The translations under genes were made by a program, and so were the position numbers. Positions 57,001 through 64,000 of a DNA stretch of 64,000 bases are shown piece by piece; positions within the stretch are counted from its first letter, which is position 1; every line of letters begins with the position of its first letter. The stretch lies in contig CAYYWQ010000001.1 in NCBI GenBank assembly GCA_964474825.1, forward strand, positions 1,033,606 through 1,097,605, written 5' to 3'. This DNA is from an uncultured Candidatus Saccharibacteria bacterium. Lineage in GTDB: Bacteria > Patescibacteriota > Doudnabacteria > UBA920. The notes below the pieces were generated by a model. That model did not search any database. It was not told where the DNA came from and was given only the letters and a program-made list of their open reading frames with translations.

Positions 57001-57994
57001 GCCTGGAACTCAGCTGACCATGAGAACTTTCCACACTGGTGGATCTGCTTCCGTAAAAGATATTACCCAGGGACTTCCCCGCGTAGAAGAATTATTTGAA
57101 GCCCGTGAACCTAAAGGTCAGGCCACGGTTTCCGAAGTGGACGGACAGGTTTATATTGCCAAGCCAAACAACAAAGAATATATAGTCAGAATCCAGGGAG
57201 CCGACGTTGCCAAAGACAGTTACGATTTAAGCGGCGCCAATTCCGTGCTTAAAGACGGCAGTAAAGTTGTTGCCGGAGAAACTTTATTCACAGACGGCAA
57301 AAATGAAAGCGTTAAAGCCAAGACCGCCGGCCACGTTAGGGTTGAAAAAAACAAGTTAATGGTCATTCACGAAAGTGATGACATTAAAGAATATGTTGTC
57401 CCGGCTTCTTATTCCCTTGCAGTTAAGGAAGGGGACTTGGTGACCAAAGGACAGCAGCTGACAGAAGGCAATTTAAACCCCAACCAAATTATGCAGCTCA
57501 GAGGTTTAGAAGCAGCCCAGCGTTACATTGTAAAAGAAGTCCAGGACATTTACGTTTCCCAAGGACAAAACATCCACGATAAACACATTGAAGTTATTGT
57601 CCGCCAAATGTTTAGCAAAATGCGCATGCAAGACGGCGGTGACAGCGAATTTGTGGTTACCGAAATTGTGGACAAAGCCAAGTTTAACTACATCAACGAA
57701 GAATTGGTTAAATCCGGCAAGCGTCCGGCCACTGCGGAACAGTTGCTTATGGGTATTACCAAAGTTTCCTTAAATACCGAAAGCTTCCTGGCCGCAGCGA
57801 GTTTCCAGGAAACCACCCGCGTGCTCATTGAAGCGGCGGTTACCGGCAAGACCGACTATTTGAGAGGTCTTAAAGAAAACGTTATTATTGGTAAGCTTAT
57901 TCCTGCAGGTACCGGTTTTACAGACCAAATTGCTAAAGAGAACTTAACTGTTCGGCACGAAGCAATTTTGTCCGCCGAACCTACAGCTGAATAG
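54098..57994 (+). CDS. rpoC: RNA polymerase beta' subunit
   Basis: [41 protein letters not shown]. Confidence 0.99.
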   Translation: MLTQTEDFKGVRIKLASPETIMQWSHGEVTKPETINYRTQRPEKDGLFDEKIFGPIKDWECYCGKYKRIRYKGIVCDKCGVEVTKSSVRRERMGHIKLAVPVGHIWFLRGVPSRLGLVLDLGVQELEKVVYFASYIITEVDEESRLQTLEQIEREFKAKKKEIEDKFETLIAKTRTAVQQKAGNKDKDLVAAEIDSEVTRLKDAWSKELEALETIRDQARSELKAIRKMQVISELQYRDLSLKYGPVFSAGIGAEALKGLLEQTNLEQLAQDLQTSLPELEGQAERKVLKRLKLIKSLINAGLRPEWMLITMLPVIPPDLRPMVQLDGGRFAASDLNDLYRRVINRNNRLKKLLEIKAPEVITRNEKRMLQEAVDALIDNSIRHGKEVTASTGQKRKLRSLADMLKGKQGRFRQNLLGKRVDYSGRSVIVVGPHLKLHQCGLPKMMALELFKPFVISKLIAREYAHNVRSANRLIEQARTEVYDILEEVTKDHYVLLNRAPTLHRLGFQAFQPVLIEGKAIQLHPMVCAAFNADFDGDQMAVHVPLTELAQKEAREIMVSAHNLLKPASGDPVMTPDKDVVVGCYYITRMHPGVKGEGKIFSSPGEAIMAYNNKYVHIQAKIKVRLENGEMVETCVGRLIFNKVVPPELGFRNENFDKKKLQALVREAHRALGNERTAELIDEIKRTGFYYMKQSGLSWGMDDLMVPQSKHALFLEADKEVDATYQQYREGLLTEEERKNRVVEIWADISEQIAKSVTGTVTEYGSVNYFVSSGARGSFSQITQMSGMKGLVVNPAGDVIELPVKGSFKEGLAVLEYFISTHGSRKGMSDTALRTADAGYLTRRLVDVAQDIVINAEDCGTEEFDYITLEDSKKMGKPFDRRLFGRVSAETAKDKDGNVLIEKNQGIDDQQAKAIVEAGLTELKCRSVLKCKLSRGICRLCYGYDLGFNDMVKSGAAVGIVAAQAIGEPGTQLTMRTFHTGGSASVKDITQGLPRVEELFEAREPKGQATVSEVDGQVYIAKPNNKEYIVRIQGADVAKDSYDLSGANSVLKDGSKVVAGETLFTDGKNESVKAKTAGHVRVEKNKLMVIHESDDIKEYVVPASYSLAVKEGDLVTKGQQLTEGNLNPNQIMQLRGLEAAQRYIVKEVQDIYVSQGQNIHDKHIEVIVRQMFSKMRMQDGGDSEFVVTEIVDKAKFNYINEELVKSGKRPATAEQLLMGITKVSLNTESFLAAASFQETTRVLIEAAVTGKTDYLRGLKENVIIGKLIPAGTGFTDQIAKENLTVRHEAILSAEPTAE

Positions 57995-58008
57995 CCTGTT
58001 TCAAAAAG

Positions 58009-58042
58009 AAAACTCCTCCCTTTGATAGGGGAGGAGTTTTTT
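58009..58042 (+). terminator. Intrinsic terminator after rpoC
   Basis: AAAACTCCTCCC...GGGAGGAGTTTTTT. Confidence 0.85.
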
Positions 58043-58105
58043 GATATACTATAAATAGATAAAAAGTATGACAACATCATACTTTTAAATATTAACAAAT
58101 ATCAA

Positions 58106-59305
58106 ATGCCCAAATTAGAAGTTTCCAAGCGAGCTCAGAATGTTATTGCTTCCCCAATCAGAAAATTTTTGCCATATATGCAGCAGGCGGAAAAAGACGG
58201 GGTCAAGGTTTATAAAATAAACGTGGGCGATCCGGACTTGGAAGCGCCGCCGCAGTTTTTTAAAACAGTAAAATCTTACGCGGCTAAAACTTTAGGCTAT
58301 GCCCCTTCCCCCGGAATAATTTCGCACATGAAGGCCTGGCAAAAATATTACCAGCAGTTTGGGGTTAAGGTGGAATTAAATAACATGCTGCCAACCGTTG
58401 GCTGCGCCGAAGCTATTATGCTTGCTCTTCAGGCAGTGGCAGACCATGGCGATGAAATAATTGTTTTTGAGCCTTTGTATGCTTCGTATAAATCTTTTTC
58501 TGTTATTGCCGGAATCAAGCTTGTGCCGGTATTGCTTCCTATAGAAAAAAACTTTGCTCTTCCGGACGAGAAAGAAATTACCAAGCACATTAGCAAAAAA
58601 ACCAAGGCCATTGTGGTAATTAACCCGGACAACCCCACAGGCAAACTGTGGAGTGAAAAAGAACTGGCGACAATTATCAAGATAGCCAAAAAGCATAATC
58701 TGTTCATTATAAGCGATGAGACTTACCGCGAAATCCGCTTTGACGGCAAAAAACCTTCCTGCCTTTTAACTAACGTTTCTGCCAGGCAAAATATAATTGT
58801 TTGCGACAGTGTTAGTAAAAGGTTTTCTATGCCAGGCGCTCGCTTAGGCTGCGTGGTTAGCTTTAACAAAGAAGTAATGAACTCTGTTCTTAAATTCGCT
58901 CAAGCGCGATTATCAGCAGGTACATTAGAGCAACTTGGTACAGTCCCATTACTTTCCAACTCCAAAGGCTATACCACAAAAATTACCAAAGAATACAAGC
59001 TTAGGCGCAATGTGGTAGCTGAGGGCTTAAGCAAAATGCCAACAGTATTTAAGCCGGCAATGGGAGCGTTTTATCAGGCTGTTGGTCTTCCTGTTAAAGA
59101 TGCGGAAGATTTCGTAAGGTTTATGATTGGCGAATTTCGCTACAACAACCAAACCGTAATGGTGACCCCAATGCAGGATTTCTACATAACTCCAGGCCGC
59201 GGCAAAAACCAAATCCGCATTGCTTATGTTCTAAACGTAACAGAACTTAAAAAGGCTATGGATGTGCTTAAGAGGGGGTTGGAAGCATTTTTGAAAACGA
59301 AATAG
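58106..59305 (+). CDS. PLP-dependent class I/II aminotransferase
   Basis: NVGDPD, NPDNPTG, ISDETY, SVSKRFSMPGARLG. Confidence 0.93.
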   Translation: MPKLEVSKRAQNVIASPIRKFLPYMQQAEKDGVKVYKINVGDPDLEAPPQFFKTVKSYAAKTLGYAPSPGIISHMKAWQKYYQQFGVKVELNNMLPTVGCAEAIMLALQAVADHGDEIIVFEPLYASYKSFSVIAGIKLVPVLLPIEKNFALPDEKEITKHISKKTKAIVVINPDNPTGKLWSEKELATIIKIAKKHNLFIISDETYREIRFDGKKPSCLLTNVSARQNIIVCDSVSKRFSMPGARLGCVVSFNKEVMNSVLKFAQARLSAGTLEQLGTVPLLSNSKGYTTKITKEYKLRRNVVAEGLSKMPTVFKPAMGAFYQAVGLPVKDAEDFVRFMIGEFRYNNQTVMVTPMQDFYITPGRGKNQIRIAYVLNVTELKKAMDVLKRGLEAFLKTK

Positions 59306-59361
59306 CTGGTAGCTGGCTTGCCCTGAGCATGTCGAATGGGTAGTGAGTAGGCAGTAGCCAG

Positions 59362-59395
59362 AAAAAAACCACCCCGCCAGGCGGGGTGGTTTTTT
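59362..59395. terminator. Bidirectional intrinsic terminator
   Basis: AAAAAAACCACCCCGC-CAG-GCGGGGTGGTTTTTT. Confidence 0.85.
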
Positions 59396-59951
59396 AAGCA
59401 GTAGCGGAGAATGATTTTGGTTTCATAAGTTTTGAGTGTTCTTTTGCGGTGTCTTGGTAAGCGACTTCCATGATTTTTGCAACCAGTTGGATTATTTGTT
59501 TTACCCTTTGTACTTCCTCAAAGGTAAGTTTTAAATGTCCACCGTTTTTTCGGTTTTTTCCCTCACTGTCAAAATTGGTAATTTTTTCCAGCTCCTGGGC
59601 GTAAAGTTTCAATGTGGATTCGTCGTCTAAACTTAAAGGTAGTCGTTCTAGCTTTAGAGTATTCCCAATTTCCAGGATGACTCCATTAATCAATCCTACG
59701 CGACACATATAACGGTTGTAGTTTTTGTCGCCAACTTTTAAAATTTCTGCTGGGGTGTTGTAAATAAATCCGGGCTTGCTGCCATCTTTGTCATCTTCAT
59801 CTGATGCGCCTTTTTCTAATAAGCGGTTTTGGAAAAAAGCCAGCTTATTTAAAAATTCCGGATTAGAATATTCCCGGTCAAAACTACTTTCAGCATGAGA
59901 ATGGCCTAAACTTGTTTCTCCAAAACCTCGCTGGTGTATTTTGAATGTCAT
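59394..59951 (-). CDS. Hypothetical protein
   Basis: 185-aa ORF directly downstream of valS. Confidence 0.6.
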   Translation of the reverse strand: MTFKIHQRGFGETSLGHSHAESSFDREYSNPEFLNKLAFFQNRLLEKGASDEDDKDGSKPGFIYNTPAEILKVGDKNYNRYMCRVGLINGVILEIGNTLKLERLPLSLDDESTLKLYAQELEKITNFDSEGKNRKNGGHLKLTFEEVQRVKQIIQLVAKIMEVAYQDTAKEHSKLMKPKSFSATA

Positions 59952-59969
59952 AAAAAACTTTTTTATTAA

Positions 59970-62129
59970 TTACCTAGGCCACTCGGCGACCATTAATAAA
60001 TCTGTTTTTGTCAGGCTTCTTTCTTTCAACAGTTGCCAAATGTGTTCGGTTACAAAGGGCATGTAGGGGTGGAGGAGTTTTAAGACCATTATGAGGTTGT
60101 GGAGCAGGACTTTTTGGGTGTTCTCCTTTAATTTCCCATCATTTAGCTGTCCTTTACTGGCCTCTAAATAAATATCTGCCAAGTCATGCCAAGTGAATTG
60201 GTAAATGTCCTGGGCGGCTTCGTGAAGGTGCAAGCCTTCCATGTTTTTAGTGGCAGATGATATAACGGCTTCAAGTTTGGAAATTATTTCTTTGTCGGCA
60301 TCTGTTATTGCTTCCCATTTGTTATCACTCTTTTCCACATTAGTCATAATAAACCTGGCAATGTTCCAGAGCTTGTTGGCAAAGTGCTTCATGCCTTTAA
60401 TTTTGTCTTCTGCCAAGGGGATGTCGTTGCCCGCTGCTGTAGAGAAGATCAGTGCAAAGCGCAGTGCGTCTGTACCGTAGGTGTCTATAACACCTAACGG
60501 GTCCACCACATTGCCTTTGCTTTTGGACATTTTTTGTTTGTCTTTGTCGCGGACCAAACCGTGCAAATAAACTTTTTCAAACGGCGGCTTGCCGGTTTTA
60601 TAGTAGGACATCATTACCATTCTGGCTACCCAAAAGAATAAAATGTCCCAGCCGGTTTCCATTACTTGCGTTGGAAAATAAGTTTTTAAGTCTTTTTCGT
60701 CATGCGCTAAAAGCGTTGCATAAGGCCACTGACCACTGCTAAACCAAGTGTCAAAAGTATCCGGGTCTTTTTCTAAGTTTGCAGATGAGCATTTTGGACA
60801 AGCTGTTATATTATTAGCCGTGTCAACAACCACTTCTTGGCAATCGGCGCAGTATTTTACGGGAATGGGAATACCCCACCAAATTTGCCGGGAAATGGGC
60901 CAGTCGCGGATGTTTTCCATCCAGTGCATAAAGATTTTTTCAAACTTTTCCGTAACAATTTCCACTTCTTTGTTTTGTACAGCCTTCACTGCCATGTCGC
61001 GCAAGCTGGGTCGACCATCTTTAAGCGGTTTAGTCATGGCAATATACCACTGCGGAATAACTTGAGGTTCAACAACCTGGCCGCATTTGTAGCAAACATT
61101 TACATTGTGTTTGTAGTTTTCGTCTATTTTTTCCACTAAGCCTTTGCCCTGTAGTTTTTCTACAATTTTTGCTCGGGCCTCTGTAATTTTCATGCCAGCG
61201 AATTCTTCGGCAATAGGCAAAAGTTTTCCGCGTTGGTCAATAACTTTAACAATGGGTATATTATGGCGCTGGGCAATTTCGTAGTCTACTGCGTCGTGCG
61301 CTGGGGTTATGGTCATAACGCCGCTGCCGAATTCCATGTCTACGGCTTCGTCTTTAATAACTGTGGCGGTTAGGGGACCGTTAATCCATTCCAGTTCAAT
61401 TTGGTCGCCGTGTTTGTATTGGCTGTAGCGTTTATCGGCCGGGTGCATAACCACGTGTTTGTCCCCAAATTTGGTTTCCGGCCTGCTGGTGCCAATGGTA
61501 AAGGGCCCGTATTTAAAGTAGTAAAACGGCTCAACTCGTTCTTCGTATTTGGTTTCCAAATCTGCCAATCCCGTTTGATGTTTAACGCACCAGTTACAAA
61601 TTCTGTTGCCGCGGTAAATAAGGTCATCTGCATACATTTTTTGGAATGTGTCGTAAACAATTTCCACAATCCGTGGGTCCAGCGTGAAAATGTTGCGGCT
61701 CCAGTCGCAAGAAGCTCCTAGGCGTTTAATACCTTGTTCACTAATGTGTTTGTTCTCCTGCACAAAATCCCAGGTGCGTTTGTAAAATTCTTCGCGCGTC
61801 ATTTTAAAGCGGCTAGTACCTTCTTTGTCCAGCTTTTTTTCAAACACCACTTGGGTCTCAAACCCGGCGTGGTCTGTGCCCGGCAGCCACAGCGCTCTTT
61901 TGCCGTTCATTCTGTTGTAGCGAATTAAAATGTCTTCTATTGTCATACCCAAAGCATGCCCAACGTGCAGGGGAGCATTGGCATTCGGCGGCGGCATTAT
62001 TATAGTGTAAGGCTTCCGGCTTTCCGCGTTCGGCAAATTGTCCGGATTAAAATACCCTGACTCTTCCCACTGCTTGTAAATTTTTTCTTCGACCTTGCTG
62101 TGGTCGTAGGCTTTTTCTAGTTCTTGCAT
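59970..62129 (-). CDS. valS: Valine-tRNA ligase (short form, no C-terminal coiled-coil arm)
   Basis: PPPN..LHVGH, DHAG, RDWPISRQIWWG, DTWFSS, DILFFWVARM, KMSKS. Confidence 0.98.
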   Translation of the reverse strand: MQELEKAYDHSKVEEKIYKQWEESGYFNPDNLPNAESRKPYTIIMPPPNANAPLHVGHALGMTIEDILIRYNRMNGKRALWLPGTDHAGFETQVVFEKKLDKEGTSRFKMTREEFYKRTWDFVQENKHISEQGIKRLGASCDWSRNIFTLDPRIVEIVYDTFQKMYADDLIYRGNRICNWCVKHQTGLADLETKYEERVEPFYYFKYGPFTIGTSRPETKFGDKHVVMHPADKRYSQYKHGDQIELEWINGPLTATVIKDEAVDMEFGSGVMTITPAHDAVDYEIAQRHNIPIVKVIDQRGKLLPIAEEFAGMKITEARAKIVEKLQGKGLVEKIDENYKHNVNVCYKCGQVVEPQVIPQWYIAMTKPLKDGRPSLRDMAVKAVQNKEVEIVTEKFEKIFMHWMENIRDWPISRQIWWGIPIPVKYCADCQEVVVDTANNITACPKCSSANLEKDPDTFDTWFSSGQWPYATLLAHDEKDLKTYFPTQVMETGWDILFFWVARMVMMSYYKTGKPPFEKVYLHGLVRDKDKQKMSKSKGNVVDPLGVIDTYGTDALRFALIFSTAAGNDIPLAEDKIKGMKHFANKLWNIARFIMTNVEKSDNKWEAITDADKEIISKLEAVISSATKNMEGLHLHEAAQDIYQFTWHDLADIYLEASKGQLNDGKLKENTQKVLLHNLIMVLKLLHPYMPFVTEHIWQLLKERSLTKTDLLMVAEWPR

Positions 62130-62166
62130 AAAGAGTAGTTAGTGCTTAGAGAATAGAGATTAGGAT

Positions 62167-62330
62167 AAAACAAAACACCACAAAAGTGGTGTTCACAAGC
62201 CCTCGCGGGCGGTACCATCGTGAAATTAACTTAATTTAATCGGGTAACGGTTGAATGCCGGCCAAGTCTACTAATCGATACTTCGATTTTCTTTTGGCGC
62301 TATTCCGGTGACAGCCGGAACATAAGCTTG
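62167..62330 (-). promoter_or_regulatory. T-box riboswitch (Val) upstream of valS
   Basis: Antiterminator CACGA-TGGTACC-GCCC-GCGA-GGGC-TTGTG; F-box CCGTTA; GAA/AGTA stem; GTC in first hairpin loop; terminator hairpin; promoter TTGATA-17-TATAAT at 62364-62336. Confidence 0.85.
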
Positions 62331-62447
62331 CCTATATTATAAATGAACGCGAATAAAGTATCAAGGGTGAAAAGGTGATGGCGGCAGAACTGGGAGTTCT
62401 GCCGCCATGATAGCGGACTAGCGAATTTGGGGCTTTTGCGTTGTCTC

Positions 62448-62669
62448 TTAGGCAACGACTGCTTCGGCAATGGGGACGGCCCTTACGGCTACCCATTTCA
62501 GGCCTGGTATTGCTTCGGTCCAGGCAAGTAGGTCTTTGCCGAAATGCTCACTGCAAGTCCTTTTTACATCTTCCAGTGACAGGCTGGGCATGAGCGTTTC
62601 AGAGTTTGGCCCGGTACTGTAAGCTTGCCAAACGCCTTTCTCTAAATTGATCACGTAGAGTGTTTTCAT
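62448..62669 (-). CDS. Small hypothetical protein
   Basis: SD GGAGG 6 nt before ATG62669; strong hairpin downstream at ~62378-62408. Confidence 0.65.
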   Translation of the reverse strand: MKTLYVINLEKGVWQAYSTGPNSETLMPSLSLEDVKRTCSEHFGKDLLAWTEAIPGLKWVAVRAVPIAEAVVA

Positions 62670-62737
62670 TTGCATCCTCCTAAATTGATTTAGACGATTT
62701 TACTTCCCAAAAATTGGATTCCTTTGCCCAATTTTTG

Positions 62738-62931
62738 AAAAACAAAAAACCGCTCTTAGCAGAGCGGTTTTGATATCTTAGAAAATCAAAAACCTCACTC
62801 TGCGAGAGCAGTAGAGCAAGAGGAGGAGAAGCTGATCATGAATTGCAGGGAGGACTTTATCATTTATTTGGAGAAAGAGTTAACGTTGAAATTCATATAG
62901 GTAATATAGTAAAAGGTAAAAATTGTGTCAA
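62738..62931 (-). promoter_or_regulatory. Putative leader-peptide transcription attenuator
   Basis: TTGACA-17-TATATT; uORFs MNFNVNSFSK* and MIKSSLQFMISFSSSCSTALAE*; alternative antiterminator/terminator pairings. Confidence 0.6.
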
Positions 62932-62966
62932 GCCGCAGGCCCTGAGCAAAGTCGAAGGGTGGATAT

Positions 62967-64000
62967 CTAAAGGCTTAAATTTGGATCAGCTTTTATGGTT
63001 TTATAGCTTTTGGGTTTGTAGCCGTTGTACAGCATAAAGGCCGCGGCTAGGCCTATCATTTCGGCGTTGTCCGTGCATAAATTCATGGGCGGAGCCATGA
63101 ATTTAACATTTAACCTTTGACATTTAACATTTAACTCATCGCGCAGTTTTTTGTTAGCGGCAACTCCGCCAGATAAAGATATAGACTTGGCTTCAAATTC
63201 TTTAACTGCCTTAAAAGTTTTGCTTACTAAAACGTCTACCGCCGCCTCTTGGAAAGCTTTGCATAAATCAGCGGGTTTGGTTTTTGGGAAATCGCGGGTG
63301 CGGTAAAGAACCGCGGTTTTGAGTCCTGAAAAAGAAAAGTTATAATCTTTGCTATTCATCATGGGTCGTGGCAGTTGAAAATCTGGTTCGCCTTTTTCTG
63401 CTAATTTAGAAACTTCTGGTCCGCCCGGATAGGGGAGTCCTAGTAATTTTGCGACTTTGTCAAAAGCTTCGCCAGCTGCGTCGTCTACAGTTTGTCCTAG
63501 GACTTTGTAGTTTTTTTCGTCTTTCATTAGTACCAACAAAGTATGGCCTCCTGATACTATGAGAGCAATTTGTGGAAAAATATCTTTAATCTTTAATCCT
63601 AAATCTTCAATCTTGCCCATAGGGGAATAAAGATGTCCCGCCATGTGATTGACTGGGATTATTGGCTTGCCCGAAGCGAGTGAAAGCGCTTTGGCAAATT
63701 CTACTCCAACAATTAGGGAGGGGATTAAGCCAGGTCCTGCGGTAACTGCAAAGTAGTCTATGGCTTGTAGTGAGTAGGGAGTAGCTTGTAGGGCTTTTTC
63801 CACAACGGGGCGGATCCATTTAACGTGGGCTCTGGCCGCGGCTTCAGGAACAACGCCGCCCATTTTGCTGTGGAGTTTTATTTGGGATTTTACTATGGAC
63901 GATAAGGTTTTTATTTGTGGCCATTTTCCATTATCTGTCACAGACAAAATAGCCGCGGCAGTTTCGTCACAGCTGGTTTCTATAGCTAAAATAGTTTTAG
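62967..64000 (-). CDS. tsaD: tRNA t6A threonylcarbamoyltransferase TsaD, 5'-truncated by window edge
   Basis: KTILAIETSCDETAAA at the edge, GGVVPEAAARAH, HMAGH, VSGGHT, DDAAGEAFDK, FSFSGLKT, CTDNA. Confidence 0.98.
   Translation of the reverse strand, partial: KTILAIETSCDETAAAILSVTDNGKWPQIKTLSSIVKSQIKLHSKMGGVVPEAAARAHVKWIRPVVEKALQATPYSLQAIDYFAVTAGPGLIPSLIVGVEFAKALSLASGKPIIPVNHMAGHLYSPMGKIEDLGLKIKDIFPQIALIVSGGHTLLVLMKDEKNYKVLGQTVDDAAGEAFDKVAKLLGLPYPGGPEVSKLAEKGEPDFQLPRPMMNSKDYNFSFSGLKTAVLYRTRDFPKTKPADLCKAFQEAAVDVLVSKTFKAVKEFEAKSISLSGGVAANKKLRDELNVKCQRLNVKFMAPPMNLCTDNAEMIGLAAAFMLYNGYKPKSYKTIKADPNLSL

Noticed and set aside
62780-62880. Run of six Leu codons as a leucine attenuator peptide
   Set aside because: That frame has no ATG/GTG/TTG start ahead of the Leu run; the Ser-rich frame has an ATG and a stop placed in the antiterminator.

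Overview
AT-rich bacterial chromosome segment (genetic code 11) spanning the replication origin (jag-yidC-yidD-rnpA-rpmH <> dnaA-oriC-dnaN-recF-dciA) and many housekeeping genes (ruvAB, polA, uvrB, rpsT, murE, tsaEBD, rpoBC, valS). Gene content (truncated TsaB, short ValRS, PsbP-like lipoprotein, TrmB, VanW, FemAB, PilB-like ATPase) suggests a Patescibacteria/CPR genome, possibly Doudnabacteria-like; this is inference. Several visibly GC-richer islets carry orphan genes with strong Shine-Dalgarno sites and long hairpin-rich leaders. The main candidate for a new system lies at 41.4-50.1 kb between a divergent TrmB regulator and rpoB. A sigma70 promoter drives a ~1.7 kb non-coding, hairpin-dense leader whose 3' part holds two diverged tandem copies of a large structured RNA motif with compensatory base changes. 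It is followed by a ubiquitin-like conjugation operon: coiled-coil/E2-like, JAB peptidase, E1/ThiF, a putative beta-grasp protein, and a tandem-Ubl/coiled-coil protein. Other notable items: a valS T-box with an ultrashort stem I, a Ser-rich attenuator before an orphan gene, palindromes upstream of a RhuM-Fic gene that copy its own internal palindrome, an outer-membrane-barrel-like gene, a ~600 nt structured transcript ending in a Pro/Trp-rich peptide, and pervasive 7-8 nt tandem repeats inside genes. No rRNA, tRNA, CRISPR array, transposase or integrase was recognised. All assignments are by eye from motifs; no database searches were run.
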